Below are positions 18,244 to 27,700 of a DNA stretch of 36,527 nt, in pieces. Origin of the DNA: a candidate division WOR-3 bacterium (lineage in GTDB: Bacteria; Hydrothermota; Tepidihabitantia; Tepidihabitantales; Tepidihabitantaceae); the NCBI GenBank assembly GCA_965649225.1, contig CBFGJX010000004.1, positions 86,246 to 122,772 on the forward strand, given 5' to 3'. Within the stretch, counting starts at the first letter, position 1. Each line of letters begins with the position of its first letter. Below the pieces are notes generated by a model, which saw only the letters and a list, made by a program, of their open reading frames with translations, made no database searches and was not told the origin of the DNA. Position numbers and translations under genes: made by a program.

Positions 18244-19299
18244 GTGGACGAATACGGGCAGACAGCGCAGGATCTTGTCCTGAGGTTGATGACCGCCGCC
18301 CGGCGGCCGGCCTGGCTGTACTCCGACGGTGCGGGCCGGCTGGTCGGTGTGGGTGGCGATGTCGCCGCCTACGGTCTCGACCGGCTGCAACCGGGGACGG
18401 TACTGGCCGAGGCAGTGCCGTTTCTTTTCGGCCTGCTGCCACTGCGGGGGCAGCGACTGGACATCGAGTTTGTCGATTTCGGTGCGGCCCGGCCGGCCGA
18501 ACTGCACCTGGTGCCGATGGCGGGATTCGATCTGGTGCTGCTGCTGGATGCGACTCTCGAACGGCAGCGCCGGCAGGAACTGCAACAGAAAGCCAACGAG
18601 CTGGACATACTCCAGCGGCGGCAGGCACAGCTGATCGAGGACCTGGACGCCTTTGCCCACACGGTCGCTCACGACCTGCGGGGGCCGTTGTCGGCGGTTA
18701 TCGGTTTCACCGAGCTGCTGCTGGCCGGTTCGGACGGCGGGCTGAACGATGCCCAGCGTGATTCGCTGACCTATATCCTGAGCAGCGGCCGGCGGATGGT
18801 GCGGATAGTTGAGGAGTTGATGCTGCTGGCCGGGGTCAGACGCCAGACGGTAACCGTGAAGGCAGTGGACATGGCCGCAGTGCTGGCCGAGGTCAGACAT
18901 CGGCTGGCACCGGTGCTGGCCGAAGCGAATGCCGAGCTGATCGAGCCGCAGTCGTGGCCGGTGGCGCTGGGGTATGCCCCGTGGATCGAGGAAGTCTGGG
19001 CGAACTACATCAGCAATGCCGTCAAGTACGGCGGCCGGCCGCCCCGGATTATTGTTGGTGCCGATTCCGTTGCCGGCGGCCAGATTCAGTTCTGGGTGCG
19101 CGACAACGGTCCGGGCGTGCCGGCCGACCGGGTGCCGACACTGTTTGGCGAGCACGCCCAGTCCAGTGCCGCCGGGCGCGGCCACGGGCTGGGATTGGCG
19201 ATTGTCCGGCGGATAGTCGAGCGACTGAACGGCACGGTTGGCTACGAGCCGGCGCCCGGCGGCGGCAGCAGTTTCTTTTTCACCCTGCCGACAGCCTGA
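18244..19299 (+). CDS. Cytoplasmic sensor histidine kinase
   Basis: Likely GTG start at 18244. H-box FAHTVAHDLRGPL, N-box NYISNAVKY, G1 DNGPG, G2 GHGLGL; no TM helix. Confidence 0.92.
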   Translation: MDEYGQTAQDLVLRLMTAARRPAWLYSDGAGRLVGVGGDVAAYGLDRLQPGTVLAEAVPFLFGLLPLRGQRLDIEFVDFGAARPAELHLVPMAGFDLVLLLDATLERQRRQELQQKANELDILQRRQAQLIEDLDAFAHTVAHDLRGPLSAVIGFTELLLAGSDGGLNDAQRDSLTYILSSGRRMVRIVEELMLLAGVRRQTVTVKAVDMAAVLAEVRHRLAPVLAEANAELIEPQSWPVALGYAPWIEEVWANYISNAVKYGGRPPRIIVGADSVAGGQIQFWVRDNGPGVPADRVPTLFGEHAQSSAAGRGHGLGLAIVRRIVERLNGTVGYEPAPGGGSSFFFTLPTA

Positions 19300-19445
19300 G
19301 CCGGCAGGTGATTTTGCTGTCCTGTGGGCGCGAGAGTTGATAAACTTTTCCGGCCGATCGCATTGCCCGGTCAGCAATTGTTCAACAGCGTCTCAGACCG
19401 GCCCCAGCGGTCCCGAAGACAACGGCGAAGGCGAGGATTGACCGG

Positions 19446-20528
19446 ATGACCATCGGCGTGTTCGGGTTGGCCGGCAGCGGCAAATCGACGGTGTTCTCAC
19501 TGCTCACCGGCGTCGCGAGCGAACCGGGCGGCCGGCGCACCGAAGGGGCGTCGGCCACCGCGCTCGTGCACGACGCGCGGGTTGACGAACTCGCCCGGAT
19601 CTTCCGCCCCAGGAAAGTGACCCGGGCCAGCCTGACCTTCACCGATATGCCGGGCTTTGACCTCGGGGCGAGCCGCGCCGAGAAGAACCGGGTGATGCAG
19701 TTCATCCAGAACTCCGACGCCATCCTCGCGGTGGTGCGTGCGTTCGACAACCCGGCCGTGGCCTGGCCCGACGGCGCGGACACGCCCGCGAGTCAGCTCG
19801 ACACCATCCGAACCGAACTGCTCCTGCGCGACCTGGCCGTGGTCGAGGGTCGGCTCGAGCGCATCGCCGAAACCGAGCGCAAGCGCCGCCGGCTCGACGA
19901 CGAGGTCATCCGCGAGCGGGCGCTGCTCGGCCGCATCCGGCACGGGCTGGAGGCGGAAAAACCGGTGCGTCAGCAGGAGCTTTCCAGCGACGAGTTCAAG
20001 GCCATCGGCACACTCGGTCTGTTCACGGCCAAGCCCGTCATCGTCGCGGTCAACACCGACGAGCGGCACGCGGGCGAAACCTACCCGGACCGCGATGAGG
20101 TCAGGCGGCAGTGCGCCGAGAACGGTTTCGCCGACATCGAGCTTTCGGCGCTGGTCGAGAGCGAAATCAGCCGGCTTGACGAAGCCGAACGCCAGACATT
20201 CCTCGACGCCTACGGCTTCGCCGAAACCGGCATCGAACGGCTGTCGCGCGTCGTGTACCGGCACGTCGGGCTGATATCGTTCCTGACCGTGGGTGAGGAC
20301 GAGGTGCGGGCCTGGACCGTGCGGCGCGGGGTGCGGGCGCGTGAGGCCGCCGGTGCGATTCACACCCGGCTGGCCGAGACATTTGTCCGGGCCGAGGTGA
20401 TTCCCTACGAAACCTTCATGACCGTGCGTGACCTCGCCGTCGCCAAGGCGCGCAACCTTGTTCGCATCGTCGGCGCGAACGAAGTCGTCCACGACGGCGA
20501 CATCTTCCACGTCCGCGCCAGCGGCTAG
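19446..20528 (+). CDS. Divergent YchF/Obg-family ATPase with C-terminal TGS/DUF933 domain
   Basis: GLAGSGKST, DMPG, VVRAF, LISFLTVGEDEVRAWT, AAGAIH, F.RAEV. Confidence 0.85.
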   Translation: MTIGVFGLAGSGKSTVFSLLTGVASEPGGRRTEGASATALVHDARVDELARIFRPRKVTRASLTFTDMPGFDLGASRAEKNRVMQFIQNSDAILAVVRAFDNPAVAWPDGADTPASQLDTIRTELLLRDLAVVEGRLERIAETERKRRRLDDEVIRERALLGRIRHGLEAEKPVRQQELSSDEFKAIGTLGLFTAKPVIVAVNTDERHAGETYPDRDEVRRQCAENGFADIELSALVESEISRLDEAERQTFLDAYGFAETGIERLSRVVYRHVGLISFLTVGEDEVRAWTVRRGVRAREAAGAIHTRLAETFVRAEVIPYETFMTVRDLAVAKARNLVRIVGANEVVHDGDIFHVRASG

Positions 20529-20582
20529 GCGCAGGTCGAGTAACTCGACAATTGCCGAAACGGACCAGCGCTCAAGCGGGCG

Positions 20583-21449
20583 CTACTTGGACTCGGGCTC
20601 GACCTTCTTGAGGTAGGTGGAGGCGGCCAGGCGGGCGAGACGGCGGACCCGGTTGATGTAGTTGCGGCGCTCGGACACGCTGATGGCGCCGCGCGCTTCG
20701 AGCAGGTTGAAGAAGTGCGAACACTTGACCACGCAGTCGTAGCCGGGGTACACCAGCCCGAGCTTCAAAAGTCGCTGGGCCTCGCTTTCCCAGCGGTCAA
20801 ACATCGTCCGGTGCAGCTCGATGTCGGCTTCCTCGAAGTTGAACCTGGAGAACTCTTCTTCGTTCTGGCGATAGACGTCGCCCCAGGTGAGGTTTTCGTT
20901 CCAGCGGACATCGAAGATGGAGTCGACGTTCTGCACGAACATCGCGATGCGCTCAAGCCCGTAGGTCAGCTCGACCGGGATGACCTTGAGGTCAATCGAG
21001 CCGCACTGCTGGAAGTAGGTGAACTGGCTGATTTCGATGCCGTCGAGCTCGACCTGCCAGCCGAGGCCCCAGGCGCCGAGGGTGGGCGATTCCCAGTCGT
21101 CCTCGGTGAAGCGGATGTCATGCTTTTCGAGGTCAATGTCAATTGCGCGCAGGCTGTCGAGGTAGCGGTCCTGGATGTCAGCCGGCGCCGGCTTCTGGAT
21201 AACCTGTAACTGCCAGAACTGCTGGACGCGCAGGGGATTCTGGGCATAGCGGCCGTCGCGCGGGCGCTTGGAGGGTTCGCAGTAGACACAGTTCCAGGGC
21301 CGGGAGTCGAGACAGCGGATGAAGGTGAAGGGATTGAAGGTGCCGGCCCCGACCTCGGAGTTGTAGGGCGAAAGCACCGCACAGCCGCGGCCGGCCCAGT
21401 AATTCTGCAGCCGGAGAATGATGTCCTGCAGCGCCAGTCCTGCGGCCAT
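20583..21449 (-). CDS. glyQ: Glycine--tRNA ligase alpha subunit
   Basis: EVGAGTF.P, PS.RP.DGRY, EDDWESPTLGAWGLGW, QFTYFQQ, ELTYGLER, SH.FNLL.ARGAISV.ER. Confidence 0.98.
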   Translation of the reverse strand: MAAGLALQDIILRLQNYWAGRGCAVLSPYNSEVGAGTFNPFTFIRCLDSRPWNCVYCEPSKRPRDGRYAQNPLRVQQFWQLQVIQKPAPADIQDRYLDSLRAIDIDLEKHDIRFTEDDWESPTLGAWGLGWQVELDGIEISQFTYFQQCGSIDLKVIPVELTYGLERIAMFVQNVDSIFDVRWNENLTWGDVYRQNEEEFSRFNFEEADIELHRTMFDRWESEAQRLLKLGLVYPGYDCVVKCSHFFNLLEARGAISVSERRNYINRVRRLARLAASTYLKKVEPESK

Positions 21450-21998
21450 TTACAACCCCAGGTCGGCAGCGACGCCCTGCATCGCATTGATGCAGATGGT
21501 GGTGAATTCCTCGAGCGACAGCCCCAGCGTCGAGCAGGTGGCAATCTGCTCGCGGTTGGCCCCGGCCGCGAACTTCTTCTCGCCGTAGCGGCGCAGGACA
21601 AATTCGGTGTCGATGCCGGAGAGCTTCTTGGTCGGGTGCATCAGGGCCGCGGCGACGATGAGCCCGGTGATGGGGTCAACGGCATAAAGTGCCTTGTCGA
21701 GCAGCGACTCGGCCGGCACCGCGCCGACATGGGCGAGTACCGCGTGGACGACTGCCGGTTCGACGCCGAGCGACTGGAGCAGTTCGGCACCAGCCCGGCC
21801 GTGACGGGCGGTGTCGGTCTTGGTTTCCTCGTAGTCGATGTCGTGCAGCAGCCCGGCCAGTCCCCACTGTTCGCTGTCGCCACCGAGCCGGGGGGCGAGG
21901 GCGCGCAGGCAGGCCTCGGCTGCCAGCATGTGTTTCTGCAGGTTGCGGTTGGTGACCCGCGTCTGCAGCAGTTGCAGGGCTTCTTCTCTGGTCATCAC
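21450..21998 (-). CDS. HDIG/HD-domain metal-dependent phosphohydrolase
   Basis: KHMLAAE..LR, GLLHDIDYE, HG, FAAGANRE.I..C. Confidence 0.9.
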   Translation of the reverse strand: MMTREEALQLLQTRVTNRNLQKHMLAAEACLRALAPRLGGDSEQWGLAGLLHDIDYEETKTDTARHGRAGAELLQSLGVEPAVVHAVLAHVGAVPAESLLDKALYAVDPITGLIVAAALMHPTKKLSGIDTEFVLRRYGEKKFAAGANREQIATCSTLGLSLEEFTTICINAMQGVAADLGL

Positions 21999-22004
21999 AG
22001 CGGC

Positions 22005-22032
22005 ATTATAGGACTGCCAGCGGGCAAGTCAA
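22005..22032 (-). promoter_or_regulatory. Sigma70 promoter for a probably leaderless HD-glyQ transcript
   Basis: Minus strand TTGACT-N16-TATAAT, 6 nt before GTG 21998; no SD. Confidence 0.75.
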
Positions 22033-22043
22033 AGCGGCCGCAG

Positions 22044-22802
22044 TCACGCCAGCCCGAGCCGAAGGAACTCACGCTGAAGCCGGGCGACTTCACTGTGGTG
22101 GGTCATGTCGAGATGCAGCGGCGTGACCGAGATGTAGCCGGCCGCCACCGCCTCGAAGTCAGAGCCGTCGGTGTGTTCAAATGCCATCTCGCCATCTATC
22201 GTCCACGATACCCCGCCGTCCGGCAGTGAACCCTTGATTGCCATGTCACGGTAGATTCGCCGGCCCAGCCGGGTGACGCGGACGCCCCTGACCGGCACCG
22301 CCGGGATGTTGATGTTGAGCAGGGTCTTGGGCGGCAGCAGACCGTCGAGCAGCAGTGGTACCAGCCGGCGCAGGAAATCGAGCGCGGCGGCCCGGTTGAT
22401 GCCGGCCTGAAGATAGGAAACCGCCACCGCCGGCATGCCGAGCATCGTGCCTTCGATTGCAGCGGCGACAGTGCCCGAATAGAGTACATCGTCGCCGAGA
22501 TTGGGGCTGTCGTTGATGCCGGAGACGACGAGGTCGATGCGGCGTTTGAGGATGCCGTGATGGGAAATCAGCACGCAGTCGGTCGGTGTGCCGTGCACCG
22601 CCAGCCAGCGCGGTCGCAGTCGCCAGACCTTGATGGGCTTGCGCAGACTGAAACTGTGGCTGGCGGCGGACTGGTTGACCGCCGGCGCAACTACCCAGGT
22701 CCGGCCCAGCCGGTGCAGCCCGGCGTGCAGGTCGGCCAAGCCCGGCGCTTCGATGCCGTCGTCATTGGTCAGAAGAATCAGTGGTCGAACAGTGCTGGCC
22801 AC
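22044..22802 (-). CDS. surE: 5'/3'-nucleotidase SurE
   Basis: ILLTNDDG, VAP..NQS, GTPTDCV, SGIN..PNLG.DV.YSGTV.AA.EG, SVTPL. Confidence 0.96.
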   Translation of the reverse strand: MASTVRPLILLTNDDGIEAPGLADLHAGLHRLGRTWVVAPAVNQSAASHSFSLRKPIKVWRLRPRWLAVHGTPTDCVLISHHGILKRRIDLVVSGINDSPNLGDDVLYSGTVAAAIEGTMLGMPAVAVSYLQAGINRAAALDFLRRLVPLLLDGLLPPKTLLNINIPAVPVRGVRVTRLGRRIYRDMAIKGSLPDGGVSWTIDGEMAFEHTDGSDFEAVAAGYISVTPLHLDMTHHSEVARLQREFLRLGLA

Positions 22803-22832
22803 GACAACGGTATAGCCGATAACCGGGCCGGT

Positions 22833-25800
22833 TCAACGTCGGCTGCCGGCAGCCGGGTGCTGAATTATCAGTTTGCGGCCGACGGTTCTACCGGCGACTT
22901 CCAACCGGACAAGGTACACGCCGGCGGCAAGACCGGTAAGTGTGACTGCGCCGGAGCGCCGGACCGGTCGGGCCAGAGTCAATCGTCCGGCCGGGTCGTG
23001 CACTGACAGCCAGCCAATTGCCGTCGGTGGCAGGCCGCTCCAGCGCAGCACTGCGCTGTTTGTGGCCGGGCTGGTCACAGTCAGCAGCGGCTCGTTCGGG
23101 GCCAGCGGATGTGCCTGAACCGCCCGGCGTTCCGCCCGGACCGCCGGCCGGGCAGCTGTCCCGCCCGGGACATACATCCAGAACTCACGGGTCTTGTTGC
23201 CCTTGAAGGCGAACAGCACCGCGATGGCGTCGGCAGCAGCAAGGTCGCCACCGCCCTTGACGCGCTTGCGTCGGAGTGAGGAGCCGAAGGCCGGCATCGT
23301 ATCCAGTTCTTCCCATTCGTTGCGCGACGGCAGGTAGCGGAAGAAATCCTGAGTGTTGCCGCCCTTGAGGGCGAAGAGCTGGCCACCAAGCCAGGCGCCC
23401 GACCCGCCGTCTTTGGAACGTTTGCGGCGACCGGTCAGCCGGCTTTCGAGGGGCATTGACGCCAGCATGCCAGAGGACCAGGTATCACGGGTCAGGTCGT
23501 AACGCCAGAGTTCGTGGTAGCGCGACTTGTGAGCGTAGATTGTGCCGGCGCCATCATAGGCGAGCCAGGAGCCTTTGTCCCACTTCGGCCGCAGACCCAC
23601 GGGGGCATCCGGCAGTGGCTGCCAGCTGCCGGTGATGGTGTTGTAGCGGTAGAACTCGTTGCGGTAACCTTTGAGCAGATAGACCCAGCCGGTGTCGTTC
23701 TGTTCGACATAGACCAGGTCGGCACCGCCCTTGACCCGTTTGTTGGAGCTGCCGAGTGGAATGTCGGCCAGCTGGTTCCAGTTGCCGGTGGCCGGGTCAT
23801 AAGTCCAGAAGCCGAGAGTGTTGTTGCCCTTGACGGCATAGACCCGGCCCCGGGTATCAACACAGCCGGCAGCGCCCTTGCCGGTCGGTTTGCCCTCGTT
23901 GCCCAGCGGCAGCGCGGCAAGTGTGGTCCAGGAATCGCCGTTCGGACGATAGGCGTAGAAGTCGCCGGTCTTGTTGCCCTTGGCGGCATAGAGACGGCCG
24001 GTCAGCCCGTCCCAGGCCAGCCAGCCGCCGTCCTTCACTGCCCGGCCCGACGGCGTCAGCGGCAGTGGCGATTTTTCGAACCAGCCGGCAATGCTGCCGC
24101 CGGTTACAACAAAGGAACCAGCGAGAGTGTCATTGGTCGGGTTGATGTCACCAGCGGCAGCGACCGAGCAGCGGGCGGCATAGCTGCCGACCGGGTGCGG
24201 CCGGGGCCAGAGTGCGAACTCAATCACCGTGTCGCGGCCCGGTTGCAGACCGGTGATGACGACCGGCTGCTGGTAGACCTGTGCGCCGCCGGAAGCGATG
24301 ATGCGGAAGACAGCGGTGCAGTTGCCGGCCGCAGCGCCGAAGTTACGCAGCCCGGCGCGCGGGGTGATATCGGCGGTTGTGTCATAGCTGCCCTGCGGGG
24401 CGAGGATGGCGGTCACGCCAAAGTCAACGGCGTTGGCGATTACCCGGCAGCTCTGCTGCAACCAGTCGTTGGCGGGTACCATATCGCCGGCCAGTGCGAC
24501 CGAGCAGCGAACCTGATACACTCCGGGCGTGGCATTCCAGATTGCAAAGTTGAGCAGTGTATCGGTGTCAGGCAGGCCGGCCGGCAGGATGATACTGTCG
24601 CGATAGGCCGGAGTCGAGTTGACGGCAAAGAAAGCCCGGACCGGCGACCGCGTGGTGCCGAGGTTGCGCAGGCGCGCCTGAGGGATGACGGCACCGGCGG
24701 CGACGGATTCGGCCGGCGCAACAATCGCGCTGACCGCAGCGTCCAGCACCCGTACCGTCACGCCGTCGGTGATGAGGTTGTTGGCCGGTACCATGTCACC
24801 GGTGAGGCGGGTCGAGCAGCGAACGGTATTGACTCCGCGCTGAAGCGCAGTCCAGCCGGCAAAGCTGACCGTCTGGGTGTCGCCCGGAGCGAGAAAGACC
24901 GACTGGGAATCGGCCCAGCTGCCAATGGTCAGCCGGGTGTTGAAGCTGGCGTTGTGGGTACCGTTGTTGCGCACCCGGACGCGCGGGGTGATGACCGCGC
25001 CGGAATCGACGGTGCCGACCGGGGCAATAATGCTGAGCGGGGCGACATCGAGCACCCGGACCGTGACTTCGCCGGTGGCGAGGTTGTTGGCCGGCACCAT
25101 GTCGCCGGTGAGGCGGGTCGAGCAGCGAACCGCATTGATTCCACGCTGGGTTGCAATCCACTGGGCGAAGCTGAGAGTCTGGGTGCCGCCAGGCGACAGC
25201 GTGACCTGCTGGGAATCAACATAGCTGCCGATGGTCAGTCGGGTGTAGAAGGTGGCGTCGCCGGTGCCGTTGTTGCGCACCTGAGCCTGCGGGGTTATCG
25301 CCACGCCGGAATCAACCGTGCCGGTCGGCGCCAGAATGCTGACGGCCTGAGCATCGAGCACGCGCACCGTCACGTCGCCGGTGAGCAGGTTGTTTGCCGG
25401 TACGGCATCGCCGGTCAGTTTGGTGCTGCAGCGGACAGCGTTGACTCCGCGCTGAGTTGGAGTCCAGCTGGCAAAGGCCAGTGTCTGGGTGTCGCCCGCG
25501 GCAAGCGTGGTCTGCACCGAATCAACCCAGGTCGGGCCGATGCGCAGCCGGGTGTAGAAGGTAGCTTCGTGGGTGCCGTTGTTTCGCACTCTGACCCGCG
25601 GGGTGACAGCCGTGCCGGAATCGACAGTGCCGACCGGGGCAATAATGCTGAGCGGGGCGACATCGAGCACCCGGACCGTGACTTCGCCGGTGGCGAGGTT
25701 GTTGGCCGGCACCATGTCGTCGGTGAGCCGGGTAGTGCAGCGAATGGCATTGATTCCGCGCTGGAGAGCGGTCCAGCCGGCGAAGCTGACCGTCTGGCTG

Positions 25801-27458
25801 GCACCGGCAGCCAGTGATACAGTCTGGGAATCGGCCCAGGCGCCGATTGAAATCCGGACCGAAAAGGTCGCGGCCGCAGTGCCGTTATTGCGGACACTGG
25901 CTCGCGGTATCACGGTCGTGCCGGAGTCGACCGTGCCGGTCGGGGCGATGATCGTTACGGCCTGCGCGTCCAGAACCCGGACCGAGAAGACTGCACTGAG
26001 CCGGTCGTTCGACGGCACCATGTCGCCGGCAAGTTCGGTGGAGCAGGCAATCGCCTGGGTGCCGCGCGGCCAGGCCGACCAGGCTGGAAATGTCACCAGG
26101 GTTGAGGTGCCGGGCAGGAGGCCGGTAACCTGAGCCGAGTCGGAGTAGTAACCGCCGATTCGGCAGCGGACCTTGAAGGTAGCGGGATATGTGCCATAGT
26201 TGGCCACCGAACAGGCGGGCGCGACCGACTGGGTTGAGTCGATGGTGCCGGCGGGCGCGACGATCCGGGTGACTCCGACGTCAATCAGACTCGGTCCGTT
26301 GCGCCGGTACATCACGTCCGGGTTGAGAACGCTCCAGCGGCCGTCGGTCCAGGCGACCGCGACAGTGTCGAAACCGTTCACCGATACGGTCGGCCGGGTG
26401 GCCGGTCCGCTGCCGGCATCAACCCGCAGCGGCAGGCTCCAGACCGTACCTTCGTCAGCGGAGTTACGGTAATTGATGCCGGTGCCGGTGAGCGAATAGT
26501 CGGTGTAGGCAACGTGGATGACGTTGTTCTGCCCGCGGTTCAGTGACGGGTCGGTCTGGTTGCCCGGGCCGGAGTCAATCGCCGGGCCGAGCGTCCAGTT
26601 GGCACCGGCGTCGGTCGAGCGGGCGAAGAATATGTCGGTGGTACCATAGGGATTGCCGTTGTAGGCAAGATAGGCGTTGGTCCCGCGCATCAACACGCAG
26701 GAGGCGGTTGTGGCGGTACCGCGGGTGTCGATGGTCTGCCGGGAGAGCCAGCTGCCGCCCAGGTTGGTACTGCGGCGAATCGCCAGGTCGTAGTTGGAAC
26801 TGCTGCCCTGCGAGTAGGAGACGATGACAGTGGTGCCGTTGGTAGCGATGGAGGGGCTGAGGGCGTTGGTGTCCAGGCGCAACCCCATCCCGGACGGGGC
26901 CCAGCTGCTGCCATTGTCAGTCGACCGCTTGAAGTAGACTTCTGGTCGGGTGTAGTCGTCGTCAAAGGCGACAAAGAGATTCGCGCCGGACACGGCGAGT
27001 GAAGGTGAGCGGTAACGGAAACCGGTAACGGTGGTTACATCCTGACGCGGGTCCCAGTTGAGGCCGTTGTTCTGCGAGCGGCGGTAGCGTACCCGTGTCG
27101 CGTAGAGCAGGTACGGGCTGTATTCGCACCAGACGATGTGAACAAACTGACCGCTGAGGGCAATCGTCGGCGAGTACTTGGTATAGTCGCTGAAAGTGTC
27201 GGAGATGATCGAGTCGAACTGCCAGGTCGCGCCGCCGTCAATCGAGCGAGCGTAGCGGATTACGTCGCCGTCCAGACTCCGCGATTCATAGACAACGTGG
27301 ACGGTGTCGCGGCGCATGGCCACCGCCCGGGCATTGCCCAGGCAGGTTCGGTCGGGGATGGTGGTGGTCGCCGTGACCCGGCGTTCGGGTTCCCACTGGG
27401 CTGTTGCAGCACCGGTGATTGCCAGAATGGCCAGAAAGAGCCGTGACACTGAACGCAA
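22833..27458 (-). CDS. Large secreted modular protein: BNR/Asp-box propeller, 7 CARDB-like Ig repeats, basic kelch-like propeller, T9SS-like CTD
   Basis: GAGGAGG RBS before TTG 27458; signal peptide ending ATA-Q. Asp boxes RSIDGGATW, RSTDNGSSW, RSTNLGGSW, RSTDAGANW. Seven D......I.AP...V.N.G...GD....N repeats. KGNKT/KGNNT kelch repeats. C-terminal GVYLVRL...KLII. Confidence 0.88.
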   Translation of the reverse strand: MRSVSRLFLAILAITGAATAQWEPERRVTATTTIPDRTCLGNARAVAMRRDTVHVVYESRSLDGDVIRYARSIDGGATWQFDSIISDTFSDYTKYSPTIALSGQFVHIVWCEYSPYLLYATRVRYRRSQNNGLNWDPRQDVTTVTGFRYRSPSLAVSGANLFVAFDDDYTRPEVYFKRSTDNGSSWAPSGMGLRLDTNALSPSIATNGTTVIVSYSQGSSSNYDLAIRRSTNLGGSWLSRQTIDTRGTATTASCVLMRGTNAYLAYNGNPYGTTDIFFARSTDAGANWTLGPAIDSGPGNQTDPSLNRGQNNVIHVAYTDYSLTGTGINYRNSADEGTVWSLPLRVDAGSGPATRPTVSVNGFDTVAVAWTDGRWSVLNPDVMYRRNGPSLIDVGVTRIVAPAGTIDSTQSVAPACSVANYGTYPATFKVRCRIGGYYSDSAQVTGLLPGTSTLVTFPAWSAWPRGTQAIACSTELAGDMVPSNDRLSAVFSVRVLDAQAVTIIAPTGTVDSGTTVIPRASVRNNGTAAATFSVRISIGAWADSQTVSLAAGASQTVSFAGWTALQRGINAIRCTTRLTDDMVPANNLATGEVTVRVLDVAPLSIIAPVGTVDSGTAVTPRVRVRNNGTHEATFYTRLRIGPTWVDSVQTTLAAGDTQTLAFASWTPTQRGVNAVRCSTKLTGDAVPANNLLTGDVTVRVLDAQAVSILAPTGTVDSGVAITPQAQVRNNGTGDATFYTRLTIGSYVDSQQVTLSPGGTQTLSFAQWIATQRGINAVRCSTRLTGDMVPANNLATGEVTVRVLDVAPLSIIAPVGTVDSGAVITPRVRVRNNGTHNASFNTRLTIGSWADSQSVFLAPGDTQTVSFAGWTALQRGVNTVRCSTRLTGDMVPANNLITDGVTVRVLDAAVSAIVAPAESVAAGAVIPQARLRNLGTTRSPVRAFFAVNSTPAYRDSIILPAGLPDTDTLLNFAIWNATPGVYQVRCSVALAGDMVPANDWLQQSCRVIANAVDFGVTAILAPQGSYDTTADITPRAGLRNFGAAAGNCTAVFRIIASGGAQVYQQPVVITGLQPGRDTVIEFALWPRPHPVGSYAARCSVAAAGDINPTNDTLAGSFVVTGGSIAGWFEKSPLPLTPSGRAVKDGGWLAWDGLTGRLYAAKGNKTGDFYAYRPNGDSWTTLAALPLGNEGKPTGKGAAGCVDTRGRVYAVKGNNTLGFWTYDPATGNWNQLADIPLGSSNKRVKGGADLVYVEQNDTGWVYLLKGYRNEFYRYNTITGSWQPLPDAPVGLRPKWDKGSWLAYDGAGTIYAHKSRYHELWRYDLTRDTWSSGMLASMPLESRLTGRRKRSKDGGSGAWLGGQLFALKGGNTQDFFRYLPSRNEWEELDTMPAFGSSLRRKRVKGGGDLAAADAIAVLFAFKGNKTREFWMYVPGGTAARPAVRAERRAVQAHPLAPNEPLLTVTSPATNSAVLRWSGLPPTAIGWLSVHDPAGRLTLARPVRRSGAVTLTGLAAGVYLVRLEVAGRTVGRKLIIQHPAAGSRR
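25012..25719 (-). repeat. 93-bp identical intragenic repeat at 615-bp spacing
   Basis: 25012-25104 is identical to 25627-25719, consistent with duplication of a two-domain Ig unit. Confidence 0.9.
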
Positions 27459-27548
27459 GACCGCCTCCTCGTTAGACAGCAACCGGCCTCGCCGGACGGC
27501 CGTCGTTCTTCTGACGGCGGTTGTGGCACCGCCCGGCAAAGCCAGCCA

Positions 27549-27628
27549 ATTATATCGCCAGCGGCAAAACTCTGTCAATCGCTGCCACCAGCGCAGGCGC
27601 TTGACTGGCCGGCGCCGGAGTCTAGAAT
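27549..27628. promoter_or_regulatory. Divergent sigma70 promoters (large secreted protein / phoH operon)
   Basis: Minus strand: TTGACA (27573-27578), N18, TATAAT (27549-27554). Plus strand: TTGACT (27601-27606), N16, TAGAAT (27623-27628). Confidence 0.7.
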
Positions 27629-27700
27629 TGAGCTGCCACGGATGGCGAGCGGAATCGATTCCACCGAAAATGAGCCTGCCGGCATGCGGCCGGAGGCGCT

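Noticed and set aside
23514..25817. 767-aa plus-strand ORF and other long antisense ORFs (e.g. 32201-33541, 18079-19377, 14958-16001)
   Set aside because: Shadow frames of GC-rich genes on the opposite strand, with no recognisable motifs.
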